IMG/VR virus record: IMGVR_UViG_3300037475_000122
Coordinates: 1-64,000 of that record
DNA from: a virus
Length of the DNA: 64,000 nucleotides
Direction: 5' to 3' (one strand)
Shown here: positions 35,301-42,574 of the stretch, piece by piece
Numbering within the stretch: the stretch's first letter is position 1
Layout of the letters: each line of letters starts with the position of its first letter
The notes under the pieces: generated by a model
The model's input: the letters and a program-made list of their open reading frames with translations, nothing else
Told to the model about the DNA's origin: nothing
Database searches by the model: none
Position numbers and translations under genes: made by a program

Positions 35301-36719
35301 TTCAACGGCGGCGGGTCGATGAACATCGAGTTGAACGCCAAGTTTTTCACGGGCAAGACCCGGAAGGCCGTCGAGAATTTCCTTGAGGACCACGCCGACG
35401 ACATCGACAATCTGAACATTTCCCTTTTGAACGACAAGGGACAAATCGTGGACTCGACGAGCGCCAAGGTGTTTGAGTTTGACGGGCCGGAACGGGTGAA
35501 CGCCCTGCTCGAAGCCGTTGACGGATTGCGCGCCCGGCCCGGCCGGACTCACGGCGGTCAACTGCTCCCCGGCGGAGACGAGATTTTGCCGGGCCTGAAC
35601 ATCCCCAGCGAAGAACGCGCGCAGCAATTGCGCGTGAAGGCTCGCGTGGCGAAGTCGAAGGAGAAATTCCCCGAGGCCATCAAGCTTCAGTATGCCAAGG
35701 ACGACGCGGGCAACTTCGTTCTCGGCGAGGACGGCAAGCCGAAGCCTCAGACCGTGGAGTATGGCTTCATGAACACGCCGCTCGCGCGCGAGGCCGCAAA
35801 GAACCTCAAGGGCGAAGACCGGATTCGTGCAGTCGAGCAGGCATTGGGGCGGAAACTCGTCACCGAGGCGAAGGACGCGCTCAAACGACCGGACCTTCAG
35901 GCCGGGGCGAAGTGGTATTCGACCGCACGCACGCGGCTCAAAGGTTTGTTCGGCGAGGACACCAAGTTTTTCACGGAACTTCTCGGGGCCACGAGCGCCC
36001 GGACTCCGGTCGAAACGAATTATCGCTTCGCGCTGGACGCTTACAACCAATTCAAGCAAGGAAAGTTTGACGACCTCATCCGGAAATATCGGGAAGGCAA
36101 ATCGAATTGGGACGCAGGCAACATCAAGGATTTTCTGGCCGCAACCGGAAACCAAAACCCGACGCGCGGGCAGTATCTCGATTGGTGGGTCCAGACAAAC
36201 GACATCAGCCCCGTGCAATCGAACGGGAAGAAGTTCGGCGCGAACTCCCGGCAAGTTCTCAAGGTGCTCGACGGCTCATGGGCCGAGGAAATCGGCGGGC
36301 CGAAGACCCCCAACTTCGCGGGGAACCTCGCGGGCACCACGTTCGAGGCAACGATTGACGTTTGGGCCGCGCGTATGTTGCACCGGCTCGCCAACGAGGG
36401 CAATACGAAGCCGTGGCGCATTCTGGCCGAGAACGAAACCGGCGTCGTCGATGAGGACTTCGCAATCGGACAGGCCGCTTATCGTCACGCCGCAAAGGAA
36501 CTCGGCATGAAGCCGGACGCGCTGCAAGCCGTCTTGTGGTTCGCCGAAAAAGACTATTGGGAAAAGAAAGGTTGGACACGCGGGGCCGGGGCGGAGAAGT
36601 CCGACTTCAACGTGCTGCTCAAAGAGACCGAGCCCGCAAGCGGCGGCACGATGAAAATGAAGTCGGCACAGAACGACCTTTTTTCCGTCAAATCCTTAGA
36701 GATTAAAAAACGCAAATGA
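29301..36719 (+). CDS. Giant (2472 aa) polyvalent internal virion protein
   Basis: HEMLH zincin motif; GNAT (EARGTGAA); class I SAM-MTase (VLDIGGSEG); C-terminal WY...ATS...KTPNF...TIDVW...QAVLW domain. Confidence 0.8.
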   Translation: MPVPMTPVPVDFDPTTTPFTPVLDAALSGASPVNPAEPSKTPVLDQALTPAPIATPTTPASGPTVVDFDPTTTPFTPAPEPKKAVIFDPTKQAHDKVFSVADFKALPLDQLDNEKQFEPTDFGFQHEDELNADPEAKAKLLELYKLRNQPFHQTRKFLAQPAGDIAKQTLLAGVHAPGKLIGGAWHVGGDIVKGLWNAALNASGAIGATGLAGLQAVTGASPQKVNETLGMAGSMGSELLSGFEAQSTSEAGLGRRSLRAVGEGVAALDPTGAVKDITGLKSFSELSPEELKARFDSDVQEKRAVQDAVKGTGEMVRAIAGSEEELKQAGITIDTAKVEKLMPATSLLNFIPLGEGLAVGAVGKVGGRFVVEKVAQATTPQQASLFIRAVNQGAELAGKAAKAGGEALETAGGKLRENVFKPLHNLGDVSAVLAGSGGHLGVGAGIAAVTKLTPKALELTGRAVQKAAPFVATGARIAADSAIEAGKGYAHGLLYTLPFMVGATPTEQEGLLNVAGLAGAVRGGVRATGLTGQVVGFKAQEALAKKIFEHVEQKEPPAVPDYGTDIYLDAQSRVNAANLPKAQSNLLGWAKHMFKDSGVEWHPVTDAQMIQQTGGQSGRGFAVKLGQTIAPDGSTKPLVRIFLNGDVEALPHEMLHALGNIDAPGYSDFVKTVNDSLTTRERQTFEQIYNTVQNGGLPEAQWKTRLSPEKVNEEVAAEIFSRVILGQDLSGVKPTLARKAALFTSNLLEKMGIPLGDVNVMQAKDFNPKADRPGFSTLGVRPTADATIISQNFIKGLLNHLENNGDLLPNFQRPSLLKGGAVTGGTSLIKPRPRTPAPTPGAPAAPAAPANPATPAAPATPSAGPSTPTTPTPLPTGPTPSPKPRNIRTTEAKQNDFAAQRAEVTNVDKATDAAAKSADANTVKHVADISKVLESGKGVVELEYLSVKDTGNANAPTTRTPRRDAQEAAYIAEGMGAAPADVRDLAQKVTVPVRWEVQGGKPQLIAMSLDKVVANVAQTVKDVVASKVEGKIPYEIKDGALTDAAWHDVVSDLQDYAENQSNGFRGDGQKLTRPTEDIGASIPAENPAYSPRILSEQKANFLNYIQGLNPPLTAREVKGVTPGNVKGQIIAEVNKRTPEKPAVIRPKDIQKQTFKSGREIRETNPLRNELAAAGVDPRKLIEVTERIDPSLIAKVTPRPDLNFKAPVTDTIRGGFLPGGKEFFKHNTVDEIGEAVSKASPEEWQKLSSEIGSLTTGAYQLGVNLKDVADVAKLRALETKFTEAYQAAKGEKDFDAMMLAATKKQFVTEALETATGMSPGKRETIARQLGPDWQPPFPEAAKPEGQLLPKTESAQKLSTEGFDFRISGQPGVRAVTVLKDGVAVGEFQSAQRAPGTAEISNVLLKKEARGTGAAEAAYRELLAQLQADGVTKVEGTVVAPQPLAIRRKIFGGFDKLELNGEPVSIDDALHAANEIATSRARDITNIEAVNEIPVDKQFLPGGKDELNGLAFKEFFSKVSKGEFGKSKVPWVPVTNVEKQKDFLQAVQEHSGNFDEHIAKSIPTYRETQLRKGTAIIALAGDGDLAVLDIGGSEGSWDKAVTQLSGGKVTTVTVDPNPAMSDFFHEKSKVPGAQHVTAAFREGFEDEGKHIPAFDSTKKFDVVNESMTFQFINPDRAGQVAEVKRLLAPDGLFITDEKLRDPKWAENEAKKDKDFKSVYFSDEELKAKDKVVGFQQAKQETKTVGMIDNMVTPEQYEQILRDHFKFVSQYWDSGNFKGYVASDDLLKLQKFLREVGDTSSEFSTQKTPRAVPNVREQGENSLLTQQRLLAGQLLPKQREPLSPEDVQRKAIKSPAVRLDNGRVIEGPIHAMAIAKALDEAPNYEGKFKSGFTTNEGEFLDSKKALLRAEDIKQVQKGKGLAQSLGFLESKEFEKNRNFLPGSTGWILPNQKFVPLAQSYHERYLADESKALNKKFGTKFSATADINERLKALNDGFVRIRGGFNGGGSMNIELNAKFFTGKTRKAVENFLEDHADDIDNLNISLLNDKGQIVDSTSAKVFEFDGPERVNALLEAVDGLRARPGRTHGGQLLPGGDEILPGLNIPSEERAQQLRVKARVAKSKEKFPEAIKLQYAKDDAGNFVLGEDGKPKPQTVEYGFMNTPLAREAAKNLKGEDRIRAVEQALGRKLVTEAKDALKRPDLQAGAKWYSTARTRLKGLFGEDTKFFTELLGATSARTPVETNYRFALDAYNQFKQGKFDDLIRKYREGKSNWDAGNIKDFLAATGNQNPTRGQYLDWWVQTNDISPVQSNGKKFGANSRQVLKVLDGSWAEEIGGPKTPNFAGNLAGTTFEATIDVWAARMLHRLANEGNTKPWRILAENETGVVDEDFAIGQAAYRHAAKELGMKPDALQAVLWFAEKDYWEKKGWTRGAGAEKSDFNVLLKETEPASGGTMKMKSAQNDLFSVKSLEIKKRK

Positions 36720-36862
36720 ACGCAGACTTCACACCAATCGAATTCGAGGACCTGAAGCTGACCCCCGAGGAGGCAAAACTCATCGACGTCGGCGCTAAGG
36801 TTTTCATGCAGACCGAGGACCCCCGGGACAACGAACGATTCCTTGACGCACCCAAGCCCTAA
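36716..36862 (+). CDS. 48-aa acidic protein (not in ORF track)
   Basis: MNADFTPIEFEDLKLTPEEAKLIDVG...; ATGA overlap with the giant gene. Confidence 0.55.
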   Translation: MNADFTPIEFEDLKLTPEEAKLIDVGAKVFMQTEDPRDNERFLDAPKP

Positions 36863-36871
36863 GCCAACCTT
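36843..36871 (+). promoter_or_regulatory. Putative late promoter, leaderless
   Basis: TTGAC-N18-AACCTT-N5-ATG(36877). Confidence 0.72.
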
Positions 36872-36876
36872 CTACC

Positions 36877-37443
36877 ATGCCCATCAATCTTCAGGATAGC
36901 CTTCCCCAGCCGCCCGCAGCCGCAGCCCCCGCCGATGACGAAGGGGGCGGGATTCCGGACGAGGTTTTGCAAATCCCCGCGTTCGCCGGTCTCCTCCGTG
37001 GCACTCCCCCGGCCGTTTGGGCGGAGAACGGAGTCAAGAGCCCCGAGGGGGACATCATCGTGAAGAACCAGAAGCCGCTGGCAGAGGCGGGTTTCGGCTT
37101 CTACAACTCCCCGGACAAGAAAACGAACGTCGTCTTCAACTCTCAGTTCACCAGCCTGCCCGAAATCGAGGCGATGGACAAGGCCGGGAAGCTGCGCGAC
37201 TTTGCAACCCCGATTGACGACCTCCGGGCCGCGTTTGCCGGTTCTGAAGCCCCGCCGGAGGGTGCAGCCGCCCCGCCCGCTCCCGGAGGCCCCGCCCAAG
37301 TCGCCCCCGTGCCGCCTAATGCGTCGCTGGACAAAAAGCTTGCCACCGCCCGCATTTCCAACGCTCAGCCCGGAAGCCCCACTTCCGGCCCCGTGCCCGG
37401 CCAAGGGCGCATCCTGAACTCCATCATGAAGCCAACCGTGTGA
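36877..37443 (+). CDS. Hypothetical Pro/Ala-rich protein
   Basis: Last gene of the + arm, with its own promoter. Confidence 0.7.
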   Translation: MPINLQDSLPQPPAAAAPADDEGGGIPDEVLQIPAFAGLLRGTPPAVWAENGVKSPEGDIIVKNQKPLAEAGFGFYNSPDKKTNVVFNSQFTSLPEIEAMDKAGKLRDFATPIDDLRAAFAGSEAPPEGAAAPPAPGGPAQVAPVPPNASLDKKLATARISNAQPGSPTSGPVPGQGRILNSIMKPTV

Positions 37444-38119
37444 GCGGTAGGCCGACCTTCTCCGCCCAATTGTCCGAGCACCAAGCACGGCACCCGAAGC
37501 ACGGGTGAAACTGCAAGTTCAGGCTCAATTCCTCCGCCCGGTTCATCAACCATTCGTCCGTCATCGGCTCCGCGTGCTGCCGGAGCTTGTCCATCGGGAC
37601 CCGGACGTGCTGCCATCCCTTTTCAACCTTGACCATCGTGTAAACAGTGGTGTTTCCCCGGTTGGGCTGGTTGTAGCCTTTCGCGAAGCGCGTGCCGAAG
37701 AAGTCCGCGCCGTTTTTGCAGGACGAGACCACGGCTCCGGCCGGGAGGGTGACTTTGACCCGCTTGCCCTTCTCGTCCTTGGCGAATCCGCCGTTGGCCT
37801 TCAGGAAGAAGGAATGCGGGGCGAGGAGGCGGAATTCCCGGCCCCGTTCGACATTGTGCGGCCCCGGGGTGAAGATGTCGCGGTGCTCCGCTCCGCGCAG
37901 CCCTTCGTAAATCCGGGGGACGAGGGCCTTGCGGGCGCGCTCGACAATCTCCGGCGTGGGGAGGAGGTATTCCTCCGAGAATCCAATCGCGCAGGCCGCG
38001 CGGGTCGTGCCGAGTTCGATTCGATGAAGCTGTCCGTCGGCCTCGTCGAAGTAAACGCCATACCAATCAGAATCGTCGTAGCCGTTGCACTCCCACCAGC
38101 AAATTCTGTATTTATTCAT
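37424..38119 (-). CDS. Hypothetical protein
   Basis: 231 aa with a leaderless sigma70-type promoter. Confidence 0.7.
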   Translation of the reverse strand: MNKYRICWWECNGYDDSDWYGVYFDEADGQLHRIELGTTRAACAIGFSEEYLLPTPEIVERARKALVPRIYEGLRGAEHRDIFTPGPHNVERGREFRLLAPHSFFLKANGGFAKDEKGKRVKVTLPAGAVVSSCKNGADFFGTRFAKGYNQPNRGNTTVYTMVKVEKGWQHVRVPMDKLRQHAEPMTDEWLMNRAEELSLNLQFHPCFGCRAWCSDNWAEKVGLPLTRLAS

Positions 38120-38829
38120 GCCGTGACAATATCATAGGGCAGGCGGTTTGTCAAGTCCTTGACGTAATCTTCGACGCGGCTCAATGCCTCGGCCCAATCG
38201 TAAACGTAGTGGTCCCCGTCGTGGCGGTCCTTCCCGTCGTGGTCGAGGTCCTTCGGGGGCCAGACGCCGATGCAATCCGGCGACGGGTCGCCCACGGTGA
38301 TTTCAATGTGATGCGCCCGGGCCAGCCGTTGCGCTTTGGCACGGTAGTTAGGACCGGAAGGCTGCAAGACCGGAGGAGGGACCGGCAGCGGGGCAGGAAC
38401 GAAACCCGGGACCGGAACGACATGCCACGCACCGCGCACTTTGGCGCGACGACGGGGAGCTTTTTTCAGAGGCACCGGGGTCTTCGTCCAGTTGTCATTA
38501 AACATCCGGCCGGAGACGGTGACATAATGGTGGGAGACGTTGAAAACGACGGCCCCAGCCTTCAGCAAGTGCGAATTCTCGGCGGTCCAGCGGGCGAGGG
38601 AGCGGCGCGGACCTCTATAGCCCGTGTCCACTTCAAAGAAACGGAAGCCGAGCAATTCCCCGGCTTTACGGAGTTCTGAGGGATAGACGCCTTTGACTGT
38701 TTTTCGCCCGGTGACATGCCGGAGCGTTGCCATTATGTGAGACGTCGGAAGGCCGGTGATGGTAGCGAGTGCGCCGGGGCCGCACCAAAGAACTGTTTTC
38801 AGGTCGTGCTTAATCGGGTGCAATTTCAT
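38116..38829 (-). CDS. Hypothetical protein, possibly peptidase C39-like N-terminus
   Basis: WCGPGALA...HHYVTV...ND arrangement. Confidence 0.55.
   Translation of the reverse strand: MKLHPIKHDLKTVLWCGPGALATITGLPTSHIMATLRHVTGRKTVKGVYPSELRKAGELLGFRFFEVDTGYRGPRRSLARWTAENSHLLKAGAVVFNVSHHYVTVSGRMFNDNWTKTPVPLKKAPRRRAKVRGAWHVVPVPGFVPAPLPVPPPVLQPSGPNYRAKAQRLARAHHIEITVGDPSPDCIGVWPPKDLDHDGKDRHDGDHYVYDWAEALSRVEDYVKDLTNRLPYDIVTA
38126..38154 (-). promoter_or_regulatory. Host sigma70-type promoter, leaderless
   Basis: TTGACA-N17-TATTGT-N6-ATG. Confidence 0.65.
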
Positions 38830-38835
38830 GCCCCT

Positions 38836-38863
38836 ACTATCGCACAGAATCAGTCCTTGTCAA
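38836..38863 (-). promoter_or_regulatory. sigma70-type promoter, leaderless
   Basis: TTGACA-N16-GATAGT-N6-ATG with extended TG. Confidence 0.6.
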
Positions 38864-38978
38864 ATTCTTTTTTCGCGGCCCGGCGCTCCGCCTTCGACTG
38901 GACACGCTTGCCAAAAGGTCGCAGGTGTTTTGCCCACTCCTTCGGCTTGACGAGCGTGTCTTTTCGCTTGTGGCTCAT
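38850..38978 (-). CDS. 42-aa basic protein
   Basis: MSHKRKDTLVKPKEWAKHLRPFGKR...; ATGA coupling. Confidence 0.55.
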   Translation of the reverse strand: MSHKRKDTLVKPKEWAKHLRPFGKRVQSKAERRAAKKEFDKD

Positions 38979-39406
38979 ATCCGGATTCCGTAGTGGTTCG
39001 CCTCTTCCCGGAAGGGGGTTGATTTTTGAGCCACGATTTTTCGTCCGTGCGTCAAGGTGACTTCGCCGTCGTGCCGGTCTTCTTTCCACGTCTTCGCCCA
39101 CGGGCCTCGGAAGGTCAGGACCCATGACGTCCCCTGACTGCGGACCTTGTGATAGGTATCGCGGCCGGTCCAAATCGGCTTCAGGCTGGGGCGATACCGG
39201 GTGCGTCCGCCGTGGCGGATGTCCTCATCGAGCAAGCCCGTCAACAGCCACGAAAAGCAGTTGAACGCGTGCGAGTGGTAGGCGCTCCGGGTCCCGTTCG
39301 AGAATCGCAGCAAGGCGACGCTGAAAACGGATTTCCATTCGATGAGCCAGAACGCGGTGACGTTGGACTCGGGTCCGCCGTCTTTGGATTTTGAGAATAA
39401 TTTCAT
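38975..39406 (-). CDS. Cupin-like protein
   Basis: YHSHAF..SWLLTG..E, YHKV, WVLTFRGP. Confidence 0.6.
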   Translation of the reverse strand: MKLFSKSKDGGPESNVTAFWLIEWKSVFSVALLRFSNGTRSAYHSHAFNCFSWLLTGLLDEDIRHGGRTRYRPSLKPIWTGRDTYHKVRSQGTSWVLTFRGPWAKTWKEDRHDGEVTLTHGRKIVAQKSTPFREEANHYGIRI

Positions 39407-39424
39407 GAGGGTTGGGGTTGAAGA

Positions 39425-40801
39425 TTACACCGGGGCGAAGGGCGCGGGCATGTCGTAGGGCTCGCACAAGCCGACGTTGGCAAACTTCAGTTGAATGTCA
39501 TACGTCGCGGTCTTGCCGAACTTCGGATGCACGAGGAAAAAGGTTTGCGTGGGGTCCACGGGGGAGAAACCACCGGCCAGCCCGTAGCCGTCGAGCCCGG
39601 GGAAGCCGCCGTTGACGATGAACGAGCCGCGCGCGTGCGGGAGCACAATCGAGCGGTGAAGGTGCCCGACGAGGAAGTAGTGCGGCGAAGCTTCCATGGC
39701 TTTTCCGAAAAGCTGCGCGGTGCTCGACACCATCCGGCCGACGGCATGGTTCGGAATCCCGAGGGCCTTGTCCCCGCCCTTCAGGTGGTCACCGTGCGAC
39801 AGATGGAACTTGAATCCCTGAACGTCGAACAGCGCGAACGGCTGGCGGTCGAGGTGCCATTGAACTTGCGGGATTCCTTGCGTCAGCGCCTCAATGTAGG
39901 CGTAAAGGAAATGGTCGAGGTTGCTGTATCGGTTCTCCGTTGGCATCTTGTGTTGGTGGGACCATCGGGGGTGATTCCCAACGCAGCAGTAAACGCGAAT
40001 CTTCGGGACGAGCGCGGAGAGGTTGCGGAGAAATTGCGCGATGGCGTGCCCGGCTCCGTAAAACTGTTGGAACAACGTCGAGTGTTGCCCGGCCTCAACG
40101 CCGTGATTCAGCGCGCCGTGAATCATATCGCCGCCGAGGCAAACGACGAACTCGTCGAGCGGCGTGGTCGTGTGGTCGGTCGAGATGGACCGCACCGCGT
40201 TCTCGTAGTATTTCAGACGGGCGAGGAACGTTCGGAAATCGTATCCGCCGTAGCCGAGGGTTTGGTCACCGTCGATTTTCTGGCCGACGTGCGTATCAGT
40301 GAGCATGATGAGCCCAGACTGCGCGCGGTTGCCGGGCCGGGGCTGGTTGGACGGCACGAACGGGACCGGCTGATAGCTCAGCGGGGCGAGGTCCTTTGCC
40401 AGCCCGACAAGCTGCTCGACCACGCTACCGTCACGAAGGGCGCGGTCATACTTCGCCTCAAGTTGTTTGTATTGGCGCTTCCAATACTCGCTGCTCGTCG
40501 CCTCGCGGTCCTGCTCGAACGTGGACGGCTCCACGGGAGGACGCGGAGGGCCAGAAGGACCTTGAGGGCCGCGAACTCCGCCGGGACCGGGAAGTCCGGG
40601 ACCTCCGGGGCAACCGGGCGCACCCATCGGCCCGGGGGGACCGGGAATCGAAGCTATAAAGCGCGCCTCTGCGGCAAGACGACGCCGAATTCCGCTCACT
40701 GCGGCCCGACTCTTTCCAGTGCGTAAGGCCACGTCAACATTTCGGATGCTCAGGTCTTTGACCAAGTCAAGTTGGTCGGGGGTCCAAGTCTTGTGCTTCA
40801 T
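39425..40801 (-). CDS. Calcineurin-like metallophosphoesterase with N-terminal HTH and collagen-like linker
   Basis: TDTHVG, GGDMIHG, VGNH, SHGD, VGHLH. Confidence 0.85.
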   Translation of the reverse strand: MKHKTWTPDQLDLVKDLSIRNVDVALRTGKSRAAVSGIRRRLAAEARFIASIPGPPGPMGAPGCPGGPGLPGPGGVRGPQGPSGPPRPPVEPSTFEQDREATSSEYWKRQYKQLEAKYDRALRDGSVVEQLVGLAKDLAPLSYQPVPFVPSNQPRPGNRAQSGLIMLTDTHVGQKIDGDQTLGYGGYDFRTFLARLKYYENAVRSISTDHTTTPLDEFVVCLGGDMIHGALNHGVEAGQHSTLFQQFYGAGHAIAQFLRNLSALVPKIRVYCCVGNHPRWSHQHKMPTENRYSNLDHFLYAYIEALTQGIPQVQWHLDRQPFALFDVQGFKFHLSHGDHLKGGDKALGIPNHAVGRMVSSTAQLFGKAMEASPHYFLVGHLHRSIVLPHARGSFIVNGGFPGLDGYGLAGGFSPVDPTQTFFLVHPKFGKTATYDIQLKFANVGLCEPYDMPAPFAPV

Positions 40802-41358
40802 TTCTTTTTGCGAGTTTTAGGCGGCTGTTCGGTTTGTGTCGAGGAAGGGTCGATGGAAATTTGCTCTTTGGCTTCGCGTTTAAACGCAGCGTCGTAATCG
40901 TCGAATGCGGCCTTCGGAGTCGCGCCCCGGCCGATGAGCCCGCATCCATGCACGCTGATGTCGCCCGTGTAGGCGATGAACGAGCCATCCCCGAGGCACG
41001 CAATCTGCGGCTTCATGAAATAGGACGGCTTCGAGACGACTTGCGCGCCCTCGGTTTGCGCCTTCAGGAATTCGTATTGCTGCTCGTAGTTTTTCTGAAG
41101 CGTCGCAAGGACTTTGCTCTCAGCGTCGATGCTCCATCGGGAATCCTCATCGAGAATTCTGTCCAGCCGCGCGCAAGTCTTGATGAGCGTCGTCGTAACG
41201 GCAACGGCCGCTTCGCCTTCGAGCCGGGCAGGCGTGGAGACGGAATCGTTTGCAGGCCGGAAAAAAGTGTCGAGCGTGGCGAGGGCCGAAAGCAGGTCTC
41301 GAATCTGTTGACTCGTCACGACCCCGGGCGAGGGCAAGTTGAATTGTGGTGCGCTCAT
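40798..41358 (-). CDS. Hypothetical protein
   Basis: Coupled ORF; GRGATPKAAFDDYD at the C-terminus. Confidence 0.65.
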   Translation of the reverse strand: MSAPQFNLPSPGVVTSQQIRDLLSALATLDTFFRPANDSVSTPARLEGEAAVAVTTTLIKTCARLDRILDEDSRWSIDAESKVLATLQKNYEQQYEFLKAQTEGAQVVSKPSYFMKPQIACLGDGSFIAYTGDISVHGCGLIGRGATPKAAFDDYDAAFKREAKEQISIDPSSTQTEQPPKTRKKK

Positions 41359-41876
41359 TTAAAGGTCTGTTTTGCCCAATTCAGGAGGTGAACCGCATCG
41401 ACCGCATTGTCGTCCAAAATCTTATTCCTTAAGGTATCCTTTACGCCGTCTTTGTCAAGTATGTATCTCGGGTCCATCGTTAAAGCCCGGGCCATTTTGT
41501 CTTTGTCGGCGCTCCCGCTGCCCGTGGCAAACGCTTTCAGCTTGCCAGTAGAAAGACAGTCGATGTTTACACCCTGTTGACACCAAATCGCCGCGCGCCA
41601 CGTCGCCCAGAGGTGCGCTTGCATCCGGGATTTGACGAACTCGACATCCTCAAAAACAATCCAGTCGATATTGGGGAACGAGGAGCGGAATTGCTTGATG
41701 AAAATCAACAGGCGCACGAAACGCGGGTCCTGTCGCCGGTCCATTCGCTTTTCGATGGCTTCGACAATCTGCGCGCGGCTGGCGAGACTCCACGTCCCTG
41801 CGTCGTCGTTGGGGAGCATCGCATGATGCATCGCCCAGCCGGTTTTTGTCCCGAGGTCGAGCGCCAGAATGTTCAT
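41355..41876 (-). CDS. RuvC-like Holliday junction resolvase
   Basis: ILALDLGTKTGWA, VFE, LKAFATGSGSADK, DNAVDA. Confidence 0.85.
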   Translation of the reverse strand: MNILALDLGTKTGWAMHHAMLPNDDAGTWSLASRAQIVEAIEKRMDRRQDPRFVRLLIFIKQFRSSFPNIDWIVFEDVEFVKSRMQAHLWATWRAAIWCQQGVNIDCLSTGKLKAFATGSGSADKDKMARALTMDPRYILDKDGVKDTLRNKILDDNAVDAVHLLNWAKQTFK

Positions 41877-42574
41877 TGAGTCTTGCGAATGCCCCGGCGT
41901 TCGAGCCGAGTCTTCAGCGCAGCCAGAATCCCCGCGTGAATCTGCCGGACGCGTTCGCGGCTCAGCTTCGGAGTCAGAATTTTTCCAATCTCCGCGAGGT
42001 TAAAGCCTTCGACGTAATGCAGACGGATGATTTCGCGGTCCCGGGGCGAGAGCGTTTCCTCGCACGCGGCCAGTTCACCCTTCAGGAAGCCGTCATGGTC
42101 GTTCTGCTCGACCGTGGATTGCTCAACGAGTTGGTCCGGGACTCGATTGCCCGCGCGGTGCTCACCGTCGAACGGGACGCCGGGAATCCATTTGTCGATG
42201 GGAATCTCGATGGGCGGCTCGCCATGCTTGAAGTCCACGGGCGAGCGGGCGCGCCAGCAACGGGCGATTGCCGCGCGGACGTAGGGAATCAGGAAAGCAC
42301 GGAATGGGAAGCCGAGTTCAGGATTGAAACGGCCGATGGCAATCATCAGCGCCTCATTTGCCGCGCTCGTCGTCTCATCGACTGGCAACCGTCCGCCGGA
42401 GAACCGCTGGCCTAGCTTCAGCGTGTAGAGCAGATGGCGAGTGATGAAAGTTTCCCGCGCGGCGTCATCGTTCGCGAGCATTTTGCGCGCGAGGCTGAGT
42501 TCTTCTTCCGCCGTCAGAGGCGGGAAGCGCAAGTCTTCCTCGACCTTGTAGTATCGTCCTTCGTTTTCGCTCAT
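41873..42574 (-). CDS. Sigma70-family RNA polymerase sigma factor
   Basis: PLTAEEELSLA (region 1.2), LMIAIGRFNPELGFPF (region 2), LSPRDREII.L...LAEIG...LSRERVRQI (region 4). Confidence 0.9.
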   Translation of the reverse strand: MSENEGRYYKVEEDLRFPPLTAEEELSLARKMLANDDAARETFITRHLLYTLKLGQRFSGGRLPVDETTSAANEALMIAIGRFNPELGFPFRAFLIPYVRAAIARCWRARSPVDFKHGEPPIEIPIDKWIPGVPFDGEHRAGNRVPDQLVEQSTVEQNDHDGFLKGELAACEETLSPRDREIIRLHYVEGFNLAEIGKILTPKLSRERVRQIHAGILAALKTRLERRGIRKTQ

